This document shows, one piece after another, positions 17,697 through 26,373 of a stretch of DNA of 64,000 nt. The notes beneath the pieces were generated by a model. That model did no database searches, was not told the DNA's origin, and saw nothing but the letters and a program-made list of their open reading frames with translations. A program made the translations under genes and the position numbers. The DNA is taken from assembly GCA_018060985.1 (NCBI GenBank), contig JAGOUZ010000001.1, positions 85,057 through 149,056 of the forward strand, in the 5' to 3' direction. The stretch comes from Minisyncoccota bacterium (GTDB lineage Bacteria; Patescibacteriota; Minisyncoccia; Phycocordibacterales; SBAW01). Numbering within the stretch: position 1 is the stretch's first letter; every line of letters begins with the position of its first letter.

Positions 17697-18599
17697 TTAG
17701 CGAACAATGCGAACCAAGTTGGTATTAACAACGTTGATAGATCCAGAAACTGAAGTTGCTTCGCCGGTGATTACGAGACCACCTGCTGCACCTACGCCTC
17801 CGTTACCACCATTGCCGCCCATACCACCGTTACCACCTTCAGCATCAGCATCCGCATCAGCGTTTCCGCTGTTGTGATTGTTGTTGTGATAGTTGTTGTG
17901 ATAACCGTTAGAAGAAGAAGCATCTGCGTCAGCATCAGCATCTGCATTGCCGCCTTCTGAACCGTTGCCGCCCATAGAACCATTGCCGCCCTGAGAGCCA
18001 GAAGCGCTGTTGTCGCCGGTCGTTGCGCGAGCATCGGTGTAGTTAAGTACAAAACCGCCGTTTGAAACTTTGATGTTAGCCTCGTTGTCAACATCTACGT
18101 CGTCAACATTGTCTGCATCATAGTCAACACCTGCGCCGCAGCCGCATCCTTCGATCGAAAGATCGTTAGAGTTGACTACGTTCATGGTAGCTGCGCTAGC
18201 ATTTGCATTACCAGTCTGGATCTGACCGCCGAGGCCGCCATTTCCGCCGTTGCCGCCCATGCCACCCTCGCCACCATTACCACCTTCTGCATCTGCATTT
18301 GCATCACCATTGTCAGAATCTGCATCTGCGTCTGCATTGCCACCCTCATCACCATTGCCGCCAGCAGAACCATTGCCGCCAACTGAGCCACCTGCCCAGT
18401 TACCGCCAGTTGATGCTGAAGCTGTTGTTGAATTTACAACTGAACCCCAGTTGCTGACCTCGATAGTTGCGCTGTTGTCAACTGCGACATCACCTCCGTT
18501 GTTATTGTTGTGGTTGTAATTTGCGAACGCCGGTGTTGCTGATGCGAGCATCGCAATCGTCGTTGCAGTTGCAACTACATAATTGAACTTCTTTGTCAT
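17697..18599 (-). CDS. Secreted low-complexity repeat protein (Gly/Asn/Asp/Ala-rich; GGNGG and ADADAD tracts) with a twofold internal duplication
   Basis: Signal peptide MTKKFNYVVATATTIAMLASATPAFA. Two copies of a module: ...SN(W/G)G.V.N.T.A.A.TG.N...GGNGS.GGNG.EGGNADADAD...AEGGNGG.GGMGGNGGNGG...NVVN.N. Confidence 0.6.
   Translation of the reverse strand: MTKKFNYVVATATTIAMLASATPAFANYNHNNNNGGDVAVDNSATIEVSNWGSVVNSTTASASTGGNWAGGSVGGNGSAGGNGDEGGNADADADSDNGDANADAEGGNGGEGGMGGNGGNGGLGGQIQTGNANASAATMNVVNSNDLSIEGCGCGAGVDYDADNVDDVDVDNEANIKVSNGGFVLNYTDARATTGDNSASGSQGGNGSMGGNGSEGGNADADADADASSSNGYHNNYHNNNHNSGNADADADAEGGNGGMGGNGGNGGVGAAGGLVITGEATSVSGSINVVNTNLVRIVR
17790..18420. repeat. Low-complexity coding repeats (GGN/GAC-GCA tracts) within the Gly/Asn-rich gene
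   Basis: Repeated ccgccattgccgcc / gcatcagcatc units on the + strand. They create spurious antisense ORFs such as MPPMPPSPPLPP. Confidence 0.6.
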
Positions 18600-19173
18600 A
18601 ATCTGTCTTTAAGATAATTACCTATCAGTAATAGTTTGTAATTACTGCCATCCCGCTTCCGTACGGCGAGCGTGATGTCAGAGCATCGACCATGCCTGTG
18701 AGCGTGTAGTTTTACGTACAGCTCACAGCACCACCCACTTTCCCTGTCTGGATGATGCTATGAACTCTACGTACCCAACAAAAAGAGCGGCACTTCATCA
18801 TATACGACGAGCCGCTGGTTTCCCTTACTAGTCATTATCGGCCCCTACATTTAAGTGTCAATGAGTTTTCCACACATTGAGCATCAGGTATATAAAAAAG
18901 AGATGTGTCAATCCTGCATCTTAAAAATAAAAACCAGCACAAAAGCCACTTGGCAGACAAATATACAAAATAAAAAACTAAAAAACGCCATAGGAATGCG
19001 AGAGGGGCCCAAAACCCTGGGAAACCAACGGTAAAGTCGGAGTTTTTTGGGCCCGTCTCGAGTTCCTATTTCATTGCCGCAACAATAGTGACGCGGATGC
19101 GCGCAAGATGTTGCATTCCACTTCGTCACCTCGTCTGTGCTACACCATAGTCATGTACGCGCGTTGCGCAAGA

Positions 19174-19202
19174 TTGACAGTAAGGTAGTGCCTGTTTGCT
19201 AA
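19174..19202 (+). promoter_or_regulatory. Candidate sigma70-type promoter (TTGACA -35, 17-nt spacer, weak -10) upstream of the deacetylase-GT2 fusion gene
   Basis: ttgacagtaaggtagtgcctgtttgctaat; position-weight matching by eye only. Confidence 0.25.
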
Positions 19203-19266
19203 TTACATCACACGTTCATTTTTTATCCATAGAATATTGACATTCCCTCGGCAATACAGACAATAG

Positions 19267-21678
19267 GTGTTCTCCGGGAAAGTTTCCGATATGCCAATTT
19301 TTGTAGCGAACTCAAAACGTCGCAAGGTATTCTTTCGTGCAGCGGTTGTCGCCGTATTGGCATTTAGCCTACTCGTCGTATTTATTTTCTTTTTACAACT
19401 GCTCTCTCCCTCCTCACGTGACCCTATAACTCAGGCGGAAGCGCGCGATAGTTACCTGTACTACTACAGCAAAAATAACGACAAAAAGATCGCACTGACC
19501 TTTGATGACGGCCCGACCGCCAATGAGACACAGGACATCATGCGGGTGCTTCTTAAATATGACGTTCCTGCCACATTCTTTTTTATTGGCAAGAATGTCA
19601 TGACGCACCCCAGCGTTGCAAAAGACATAGCCGCCAACGGCTTTACCATAGGGAACCACACCTTTTCACACACCTACCGAGTGCACGACTCTGAGCAGCG
19701 CCTCGCACTTGAGCTCAAGTCGACTGAGATGATAATCCAGCGCATTACTGGCACAACCCCGACGTTTTATCGCCCGCCTTTCCTGCTTTCGATAGGCGTT
19801 GACCCTGCTCCTAACCCTTATATCCCTGCCGAGGTGGCCAACGACTGGGCGCTCGCCCTGGGCTATTTACCGGTAGGTATTGATATCGACAGTCGCGACT
19901 GGGCTACGCGCACCAAAGAGACCGTTGTTGAGGAATTTAAAAAGAACTTCGAACAGGGCGGGCGTATTATTACCCTCTTCCACGACGTAGAAAATACCGC
20001 TGAGGCCATCGATGAAATTATTCCGTGGATTAAAGAGCATGGAGTAGAAATTGTGCCGCTTGAGCAACTCCTTACTCCTCCGGTAACAACTATCCTTACG
20101 CGTGATCTTAGTGCGGGAGATACCGACGCAACCACCGCGGGCGAGGTGTCAAAACTGCAATGGTTTTTATACAAGAGCGGACTGCTTGACCCTTATGCTA
20201 TGAGCGGCATATACGACCAGGAGACCTCTGACGCAGTCCTGCGCTTCCAGTTTGCTGAAGGATTGGTAGATCCAACGGCCTTAGATCCAGCCAACGTAGG
20301 AGTAATACGTGAAGCCACACGTGAGCATATTGCCTCAACCCGTTTTGAAAACAGCGTAGCCACAACCCCAGCCCCCTCCATCGTTAAGCAGGCGTCTCTT
20401 TTGATTGAGGGCGTGTACATCTACGTACTTTCGTATCTGGGCAAGGTTATAGCGTTTGTTGGAGTACTTGCGTTTGCGCTTATTACTATGCGTATTGCCA
20501 TTCTTGCAGTCCTTCTTGCTATCGGATCATTCCAAAAGCCGAAGAAGGGTACCTCGAAGAAAAAATTTGAGCCCCTGGTTACCGTGCTTATCCCCGCCTA
20601 CAACGAGGAAGAGAACATTAAATCGGCCGTGAGCAGCGTCGTAAAAAATAACTACCCCAAGAAAGAGATTATCGTGCTAGATGATGGCTCAACCGACAAA
20701 ACAGCATCTATAGTCGAAGAATTCTGCCTAAAAAATCCTGACGCGCCTATTAAACTCATTCGGCTTGAAAACGGCGGTAAGGCGCGTGCACTTACCCTAG
20801 GAACCGAGCTTGCAAAAGGAGAATTGCTGGTAATAGTCGATGGGGATGCTGCACTTGATAAGAACGCTATCGAAATGATGGTGCAACACTTTAGCAACCC
20901 GAAGATTGGCGCAGTGGCAGGCAAGGTTGAAACTGCTCGGGAAAAAACTCTTTTGAGCTCATTTCAGGCATTGGAGTACGCCATGGGACAAAACATCGAT
21001 AAGCGCGCCATGTCGGTGGTAGGCGCCGTAGGAGTAGTCCCCGGCCCTGCAGGAACCTGGCGCAAAAGCCTGGTGCTTAAAGCTGGCGGTTTTCCTCAGG
21101 ACACCATTGTAGAGGACCAAGACATGACGCTTACCATCTTGCGCATGGGGTACCGAGTTATCTACGAGCCCCGCGCTATCACCTTTACGGAAACTCCGCA
21201 TACCGTTAGCAACTTTCTCAAACAACGCTTCCGCTGGGTATACGGAACTATTCAATGCTTCTGGAAACATAAAGGTATCTTTTGGGAGCGTCCCTCGAGC
21301 TGGATCAGCCTCCTCGTTATGCCTAACACCCTGTTCTTCGGGATACTCATGCCTCTGACCTATCCCATCATAGACACCCTTCTGATTGGAAGTCTTATTT
21401 TTGGCGCAGCACCAACCTTATGGATGCCTATTCTGCTCTTCACCCTTGTCGACATGCTCTATGCGCTCTGGGGCCTCTGGGGAGAAAAAGGTGCGCGAAG
21501 ACTAGTGCTATACGTGCCCTTACAGCGATTCTTCTACCGCCAGCTTCTGTACTACACGGTTATCAAGAGTGTCGTGCGAGCTATTGAAGGACGCGGTGCG
21601 CGCTGGAACAAGTTTGCCAAGATGGGAGAGACTGACCGCTACTTCTACAAAGATCTCTCTTCTACTGCCCCCAACTAA
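19267..21678 (+). CDS. Fused polysaccharide deacetylase (CE4) - peptidoglycan-binding domain - processive GT2 glycosyltransferase (PgaB/IcaB + PgaC/IcaA-like) membrane protein
   Basis: N-terminal TM. CE4 motifs IALTFDDGPT...NHTFSHT. PG_binding_1 AGEVSKLQWFLYKSGLLDPYAMSGIYDQETSDAVLRFQ. GT2 with LVTVLIPAYNEEENI, DGDA and QRFRWVYG (QxxRW), plus flanking TM helices. Confidence 0.85.
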   Translation: MFSGKVSDMPIFVANSKRRKVFFRAAVVAVLAFSLLVVFIFFLQLLSPSSRDPITQAEARDSYLYYYSKNNDKKIALTFDDGPTANETQDIMRVLLKYDVPATFFFIGKNVMTHPSVAKDIAANGFTIGNHTFSHTYRVHDSEQRLALELKSTEMIIQRITGTTPTFYRPPFLLSIGVDPAPNPYIPAEVANDWALALGYLPVGIDIDSRDWATRTKETVVEEFKKNFEQGGRIITLFHDVENTAEAIDEIIPWIKEHGVEIVPLEQLLTPPVTTILTRDLSAGDTDATTAGEVSKLQWFLYKSGLLDPYAMSGIYDQETSDAVLRFQFAEGLVDPTALDPANVGVIREATREHIASTRFENSVATTPAPSIVKQASLLIEGVYIYVLSYLGKVIAFVGVLAFALITMRIAILAVLLAIGSFQKPKKGTSKKKFEPLVTVLIPAYNEEENIKSAVSSVVKNNYPKKEIIVLDDGSTDKTASIVEEFCLKNPDAPIKLIRLENGGKARALTLGTELAKGELLVIVDGDAALDKNAIEMMVQHFSNPKIGAVAGKVETAREKTLLSSFQALEYAMGQNIDKRAMSVVGAVGVVPGPAGTWRKSLVLKAGGFPQDTIVEDQDMTLTILRMGYRVIYEPRAITFTETPHTVSNFLKQRFRWVYGTIQCFWKHKGIFWERPSSWISLLVMPNTLFFGILMPLTYPIIDTLLIGSLIFGAAPTLWMPILLFTLVDMLYALWGLWGEKGARRLVLYVPLQRFFYRQLLYYTVIKSVVRAIEGRGARWNKFAKMGETDRYFYKDLSSTAPN

Positions 21679-22438
21679 CACCTCTTGTTGTAATAATCTC
21701 TTTCCACGGGCCTGCTGGAACTTCAGAGGCACTGACGAAGCGCCACTTGGTTATTTCGTTGGTAGTAAGCCCTAAGCAATCCCACAGCGCTGGAGAAACG
21801 TCGAGACCTGCCCCGACACCGAACGTATTGTGCGGCGCATCACTGCCAAAGACGTATGTGAAATCGTCAGTTAAAAAAGGGCCCACGTCCTGCCACTGGC
21901 CATAGCATGTTTTATTCCCATAACGCACCTCAACCCACCTATTCTTCAGGAGTTCTTGGCTACTCTCAGGAGAGAACCACGGGATAAGGCGTGTGGACGA
22001 TTTGAGGGTAAGTCCGTCGCTCTCTTCCTCGTATTCTCCATACGGCAGCGCTACATAAAAAGGGTTCTCTTTTGGGGTAAACCCGCACGGATAAAAACCC
22101 TTGCGACACTCAGGGTCATCCACTCCGCCAAAGTGTTGCATCCACTGATCGTCCCAGTAACTTTCGTGGTTTGGAATGAATCCGTTCGATTCATCCGACA
22201 CTTCACCCACCCAGAATTGTGTAGTCAGCGTAGTCTTGTATACTGGTGCCAGCTGTAAGGGGTCTGTAGATGAAGAAACATCGTTTCCACCCGGTTCGAT
22301 GTTTTCAATAGATTCGATAGGTGCCATAGGTTCGATAGTGGGTGCCAGGCTTAGGCTGGGACCTATAGCGTACAGACCGCCCAACAACAAAACGACAAAT
22401 ATCAGCAGTGCAGCAATCAGAAACGGATTTTTAGTCAT
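21662..22438 (-). CDS. Hypothetical signal-anchored exported protein
   Basis: N-terminal TM MTKNPFLIAALLIFVVLLLGG. Short tandem peptide repeat IEPMAPIESIENIEP. Cys/Trp-rich C-terminal domain with no family recognised. Confidence 0.5.
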   Translation of the reverse strand: MTKNPFLIAALLIFVVLLLGGLYAIGPSLSLAPTIEPMAPIESIENIEPGGNDVSSSTDPLQLAPVYKTTLTTQFWVGEVSDESNGFIPNHESYWDDQWMQHFGGVDDPECRKGFYPCGFTPKENPFYVALPYGEYEEESDGLTLKSSTRLIPWFSPESSQELLKNRWVEVRYGNKTCYGQWQDVGPFLTDDFTYVFGSDAPHNTFGVGAGLDVSPALWDCLGLTTNEITKWRFVSASEVPAGPWKEIITTRGVSWGQ

Positions 22439-22474
22439 TACTTATTCAGCATAGCAAATCGGCGCCCTAACTCC

Positions 22475-23740
22475 ATGGTTGAACAGCAGGACTCATTTTG
22501 GAAACTATTCTTTACCGCTACGGCAGGTGTGCTTGCCATTGCGGCTTTTGTCATAACCATACTGTTGCTTAAACCATCAGACGAACTCCCCACTCTGCCA
22601 CATGAGAACGCAACTGAGCCCTATGCATACGTAGGTGGGCCAGAGCTTACTGCTACGTCTACTTACTTTTATCGAGAGTCTATCCCTCTTGGCTTTAGCA
22701 ATACTTCGTGGAGCGCGAACGCAAACTGGCGTTCCAAACAGAAGCACTTTGAGGGCACCTACTCTGCGCGTGCAGAATTTACTGGCGAATGGGGTGGCCT
22801 TTCTCTTGCAGGTCGTGGCCTGCCAAGCGCCTCGTACGCAGGCATTTCACTAGCGCTGTTTGCCGAACCTGGGTTACAGGATTTGTATCTTGAACTGTAC
22901 AACGCAGCAGGGGCTACCGTAGGACGCCAATCCATCGGATGGTACTTCCCTTCCGGGAAACTTGAGCCAGGTGCCTGGCAGATGATAGCCATACCGCTCC
23001 GCAACTTTGGCGTAGTGCCAGCAACTATTGGAGGTTTTGCCATAATCTCTCCTCAGAAAGGTGTGGTGTATGTGGATGACGTGCATTTGGCCAAAAACGC
23101 TCCCGCACACGCAGCATGGGCGCCAGCGCCCGAAGTAGCGGGTGCCAGCATAGCTTCACTTACAGAACTATTTGCCCGTACAAAACAAACCGTACTTCCT
23201 TACTGGCTACCGCACGACCCTCAACAGATGCTCGAGTGGCACGCACCGACAGGACAATTTTCTATTTCAGAAAAGGGCATAACGGCTGGCCCACCGGCCA
23301 AAGGAGGAGGTATGCATGCCGCCTACCTTGGCGGACAAATATGGACTGACTACCGAGTAAACGCAGTAACTAACTGGGGCTCTGCCGCCAGCATTTCTTT
23401 GGTCGCGCGCATTCGTGATGAAAACTCACAGGTGTCTTGTTCATTTTCTCAATACGGAGGAGTCATTCAGATATACGCTATGAAAGACGGCATATCTGAA
23501 CTCATAAAAGAAAGTGCCTACGTAGAGGCACTTCCGCCACAGATCCATCCTTGGACTGACATTCCTCTGGGAATTGAAGTTAAGGGTGACCGTGTTAACT
23601 GCTATGCATACGGCCGCCTGAGCCTTACCGCCACACCAAAAAATATGCCCGCAGCAGGATCAGTGGGTATAGAAGTCTGGGATGAACAGCCCAACAAAGA
23701 GCCTCACATCATAAAAACCCTTGGAGTTGAGCCGCGCTAG
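22475..23740 (+). CDS. Membrane-anchored protein with two predicted β-sandwich domains (CBM4/9-like followed by a LamG/DUF1080-like region)
   Basis: TM FFTATAGVLAIAAFVITILLL. ...GGFAIISPQKGVVYVDDVHLAKN (CBM-like C-terminal strand). ...IWTDYRVNAVTNWGSAASISLVARIRDENS (DUF1080-like). Confidence 0.5.
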   Translation: MVEQQDSFWKLFFTATAGVLAIAAFVITILLLKPSDELPTLPHENATEPYAYVGGPELTATSTYFYRESIPLGFSNTSWSANANWRSKQKHFEGTYSARAEFTGEWGGLSLAGRGLPSASYAGISLALFAEPGLQDLYLELYNAAGATVGRQSIGWYFPSGKLEPGAWQMIAIPLRNFGVVPATIGGFAIISPQKGVVYVDDVHLAKNAPAHAAWAPAPEVAGASIASLTELFARTKQTVLPYWLPHDPQQMLEWHAPTGQFSISEKGITAGPPAKGGGMHAAYLGGQIWTDYRVNAVTNWGSAASISLVARIRDENSQVSCSFSQYGGVIQIYAMKDGISELIKESAYVEALPPQIHPWTDIPLGIEVKGDRVNCYAYGRLSLTATPKNMPAAGSVGIEVWDEQPNKEPHIIKTLGVEPR

Positions 23741-24652
23741 TTAGGGCAAACTCTCACAGGCTTCCCCGTCTTTGTTCGAGTCGAGCTTGTGAATGTCGTT
23801 TGAGGAACCCCCACACTGCTCGAACACTGCCTGTGCCTCGGCATGAGTCTCGAAGTCGGTGCAATTGTACTTATTGGTAGAGCACGTGTAGGAAGATGTA
23901 TCAACGGGATCACTCGCCTCCTGTGATTCAGGCGGAGTCTCCTGTTTTTTAACGGGCGTTGGTTTTTCTTCTACCTTCTCTTCTACTTTTGAAACAGGTT
24001 CTTCAGCAGCTTTCTTTGCTTGCACTGGTACGGGAACAGGTTCTTCCACCACAGATTTCTTGGGAGCAGACGATTTTGCACACGCACTTGGTGCCCATAA
24101 ACCTTTTTTACTATCCTGAGCACTTTTTTGTGCAGCTTTATACGCCGCTTGATACTTATACGCCTTGCTGTAGGTGTACTCTTTTGCAAACCCCTCCTCT
24201 ATGAGTTGTTCGCCAGTATGTACCCCCTCTTCGCTAAATACGTAGGCCAAGATACGATCGTATTTATCCCGCTCACCCTGGGATGAATCTTTTTCTAATC
24301 GTACACGAGCGCCTGCTAACTTTTTTAGCGCAGCAGTTGCTTCTGCAGCAAAACATTCGCCATTCGCACCCGTTTCTGGAGTATCAATACCTATCAGCCG
24401 TATAGTCTCGGACTCTCCAGCTATTTTTACCGTAAGCGTGTCACCGTCTATTACTTTTATAACGTCATATAAGTCTGAAGAAACCGCAGCATTCCCCAGA
24501 GCCGCCGTTTGAGTCTGATCTTCAGCGTCGGCGCTTTCGGGGCCCAATGCTGCCAGCCCCTCATCTAGCGCCGGTTTATCAAAATAGATAGCAGCCGCAA
24601 TAACTATTGCAGCAAGGAGACCAAACCCGCCATATATGACATGCTTTGCCAT
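23741..24652 (-). CDS. Secreted thermonuclease (SNase-like) with a C-terminal Excalibur calcium-binding domain
   Basis: N-terminal TM/signal. DVIKVIDGDTLTVKIAGESETIRLIGIDTPET...DKYDRILAYV. C-terminal CTDFETHAEAQAVFEQCGG...LDSNKDGEACE. Confidence 0.8.
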   Translation of the reverse strand: MAKHVIYGGFGLLAAIVIAAAIYFDKPALDEGLAALGPESADAEDQTQTAALGNAAVSSDLYDVIKVIDGDTLTVKIAGESETIRLIGIDTPETGANGECFAAEATAALKKLAGARVRLEKDSSQGERDKYDRILAYVFSEEGVHTGEQLIEEGFAKEYTYSKAYKYQAAYKAAQKSAQDSKKGLWAPSACAKSSAPKKSVVEEPVPVPVQAKKAAEEPVSKVEEKVEEKPTPVKKQETPPESQEASDPVDTSSYTCSTNKYNCTDFETHAEAQAVFEQCGGSSNDIHKLDSNKDGEACESLP

Positions 24653-24700
24653 GAATGGGAACTTGCGCTACCCCTTTAGAGTACGCTATTTTTTATAGAT

Positions 24701-25255
24701 ATGAACAAGCTATCTGTGCTTATCGGTCTCTTTATCGTAATTCTTATCGCCGGTGCTGCGCTCGTGCTCCTGCCGCCAAGCGCTAATGCCCCGACTGGCA
24801 TTACGGAAACGGAGCCTACTAGTTTTGCTGAGTGCGTAGCTGATGGAAACCCCGTTATGGAAAGTTATCCTCGCCAGTGCAATACCCCAAACGGTGGACA
24901 CTTTATTGAAAATATTGGCAATGCACTTGAAAAGCAGGATCTTATTGTTGCAGCAACGCCGCGCCCAGGAGACTCTGCTGTTTCCCCTCTCACTATTTCT
25001 GGCGAGGCACGCGGCTACTGGTTCTTCGAAGCGAGCTTCCCCTACGAACTCCAAGATGCACAAGGCAACATGATCGCTCAGGGTCCAGTGCAAGCAACCG
25101 GCGATTGGATGACGGAAGAGTTTGTGCCCTTTACTATCGACATTACCTTCCCTCCTCAACCTGTAGGTTCAGAGGGCACTTTACTACTTAAAAAAGACAA
25201 TCCATCAGGATTACCGGAAAACGAGGATGCACTCGTGATCCCAGTAGTATTTTAG
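24701..25255 (+). CDS. Secreted protein with a Gmad2-type immunoglobulin-like domain
   Basis: Signal MNKLSVLIGLFIVILIAGAALVLL. LTISGEARGYWFFEASFPYELQDAQGNMIAQGPVQATGDWMTEEFVPFTIDITF resembles the Gmad2/GerMN Ig-like fold. Confidence 0.5.
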   Translation: MNKLSVLIGLFIVILIAGAALVLLPPSANAPTGITETEPTSFAECVADGNPVMESYPRQCNTPNGGHFIENIGNALEKQDLIVAATPRPGDSAVSPLTISGEARGYWFFEASFPYELQDAQGNMIAQGPVQATGDWMTEEFVPFTIDITFPPQPVGSEGTLLLKKDNPSGLPENEDALVIPVVF

Positions 25256-25266
25256 AGAAAAAGAGA

Positions 25267-25299
25267 AACCCCGCGCATGTGCGCGGGGTTCGTTTTCGT
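25267..25299. terminator. Perfect GC hairpin with flanking T/A runs; bidirectional terminator at the left edge of the GC-rich island
   Basis: aaccccgcgcatgtgcgcggggtt, then tcgttttcgt. The upstream side reads tttagagaaaaagagaa. Confidence 0.55.
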
Positions 25300-25348
25300 G
25301 AAGAACAGTTTCGTCCTGCCTAAGCAGGAACTGGACGGATGGACCGCC

Positions 25349-25621
25349 CTAGACCGACCCTCGGCAGCTCTTGCTCGAGGAATCTTCCAGGCACGCGCAG
25401 ACGTTGCCGACGTGTGGCTGGATGCTGACCGGCACCGAGGCGAATGTCGTCGGCTCGGGCGCCTTGCAGTAGGCGGCGATCGGGTCGGCCACCTTGGCCA
25501 CGACGGTGTCGCCGACGATGGCGACGAGACCGAGAGCCGCAAGGCACAGCGCGGTGGGTAACGGGTAGAGGGCACCGATGTGCCCCAATCCAGAGACCCG
25601 ACCGGGGGGTGATACTGACAT
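25349..25621 (-). CDS. Small hypothetical (possibly membrane) protein, last gene of the GC-rich island operon
   Basis: Starts 5 nt after the CE4 stop. Third-position GC is about 85%, consistent with a real reading frame in high-GC DNA. Hydrophobic stretch LCLAALGLVAIVGDTVVAKV. Confidence 0.4.
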   Translation of the reverse strand: MSVSPPGRVSGLGHIGALYPLPTALCLAALGLVAIVGDTVVAKVADPIAAYCKAPEPTTFASVPVSIQPHVGNVCACLEDSSSKSCRGSV

Positions 25622-25625
25622 GGTA

Positions 25626-26357
25626 CTAGGTACCTCCTGTGTTCTGATGAAGTTCCTTCAGTGCGTCGCCGACCGTGAGGACGGCGAACCCTTTGACATG
25701 TACGAGCTCGACGAGATCCGCAAGCAGGTCCGTGCCCCAAGGCTCAGTGACCACCTGCCCTTTCGGGTAAATGTGGTGCAGTTGGAATACTACCCAACCA
25801 CCGCGAACTTGCAAGTCTTCAAGAAGCGTGTCGAGCTCCTCGAGCGTCGTCTCCTTGTTCAGGTAATAGGAGGCGATCGTGTAGGGATCGGGCTTGGTGG
25901 TGTTCATCCCAATAGGCCATGCGGCCCGGTGGGACTGGTAGTGGCGCTTGAGGATCGCAAGAACGCGATCATCGTAGGCGCCAAAAGGCGAAGCGAAGTG
26001 CACAGGGCTGTACCCATGCTTGTTGAACTCCTCCGCCGACATTCGCAGCTCTTCCTCGATGCCAGCGTCTGTGAGTTTGGTGAGCCTCGCATGGGTATGC
26101 GTATGCGCACCGATCTCGCAATGGTATTTCTGGACGGCGTCGGCGACGGCGTCCCAATCCATGTAGTCAGGCCGCGTCGTATTTCTCGTCGAGATATACA
26201 CCGTGGCTGGATACTCGTATTTGTCGAGGAGCGGAAGCCCCACGGTAAGGACCGAGTCCGGCGCATCGTCGAACGTGAAGCTGACGATGGCCTGCTCCGC
26301 ACTCGCCACACAGGGCGTGAGAGCGAGTGCGACAAGTGCAAACAAAATCCGAATCAT
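25626..26357 (-). CDS. Secreted polysaccharide deacetylase (CE4/NodB family)
   Basis: Signal MIRILFALVALALTPCVASA. SFTFDDAPDS...TVYIST...GAHTHTHARL. Confidence 0.8.
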   Translation of the reverse strand: MIRILFALVALALTPCVASAEQAIVSFTFDDAPDSVLTVGLPLLDKYEYPATVYISTRNTTRPDYMDWDAVADAVQKYHCEIGAHTHTHARLTKLTDAGIEEELRMSAEEFNKHGYSPVHFASPFGAYDDRVLAILKRHYQSHRAAWPIGMNTTKPDPYTIASYYLNKETTLEELDTLLEDLQVRGGWVVFQLHHIYPKGQVVTEPWGTDLLADLVELVHVKGFAVLTVGDALKELHQNTGGT

Positions 26358-26373
26358 GACCTGGTTTCCTTTC

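Noticed and set aside
18203-18519. Plus-strand ORFs translating to MPPMPPSPPLPP... and His/Cys-rich peptides
   Set aside because: Antisense to the Gly/Asn/Asp repeat gene. They arise from the GGN/GAC repeats.
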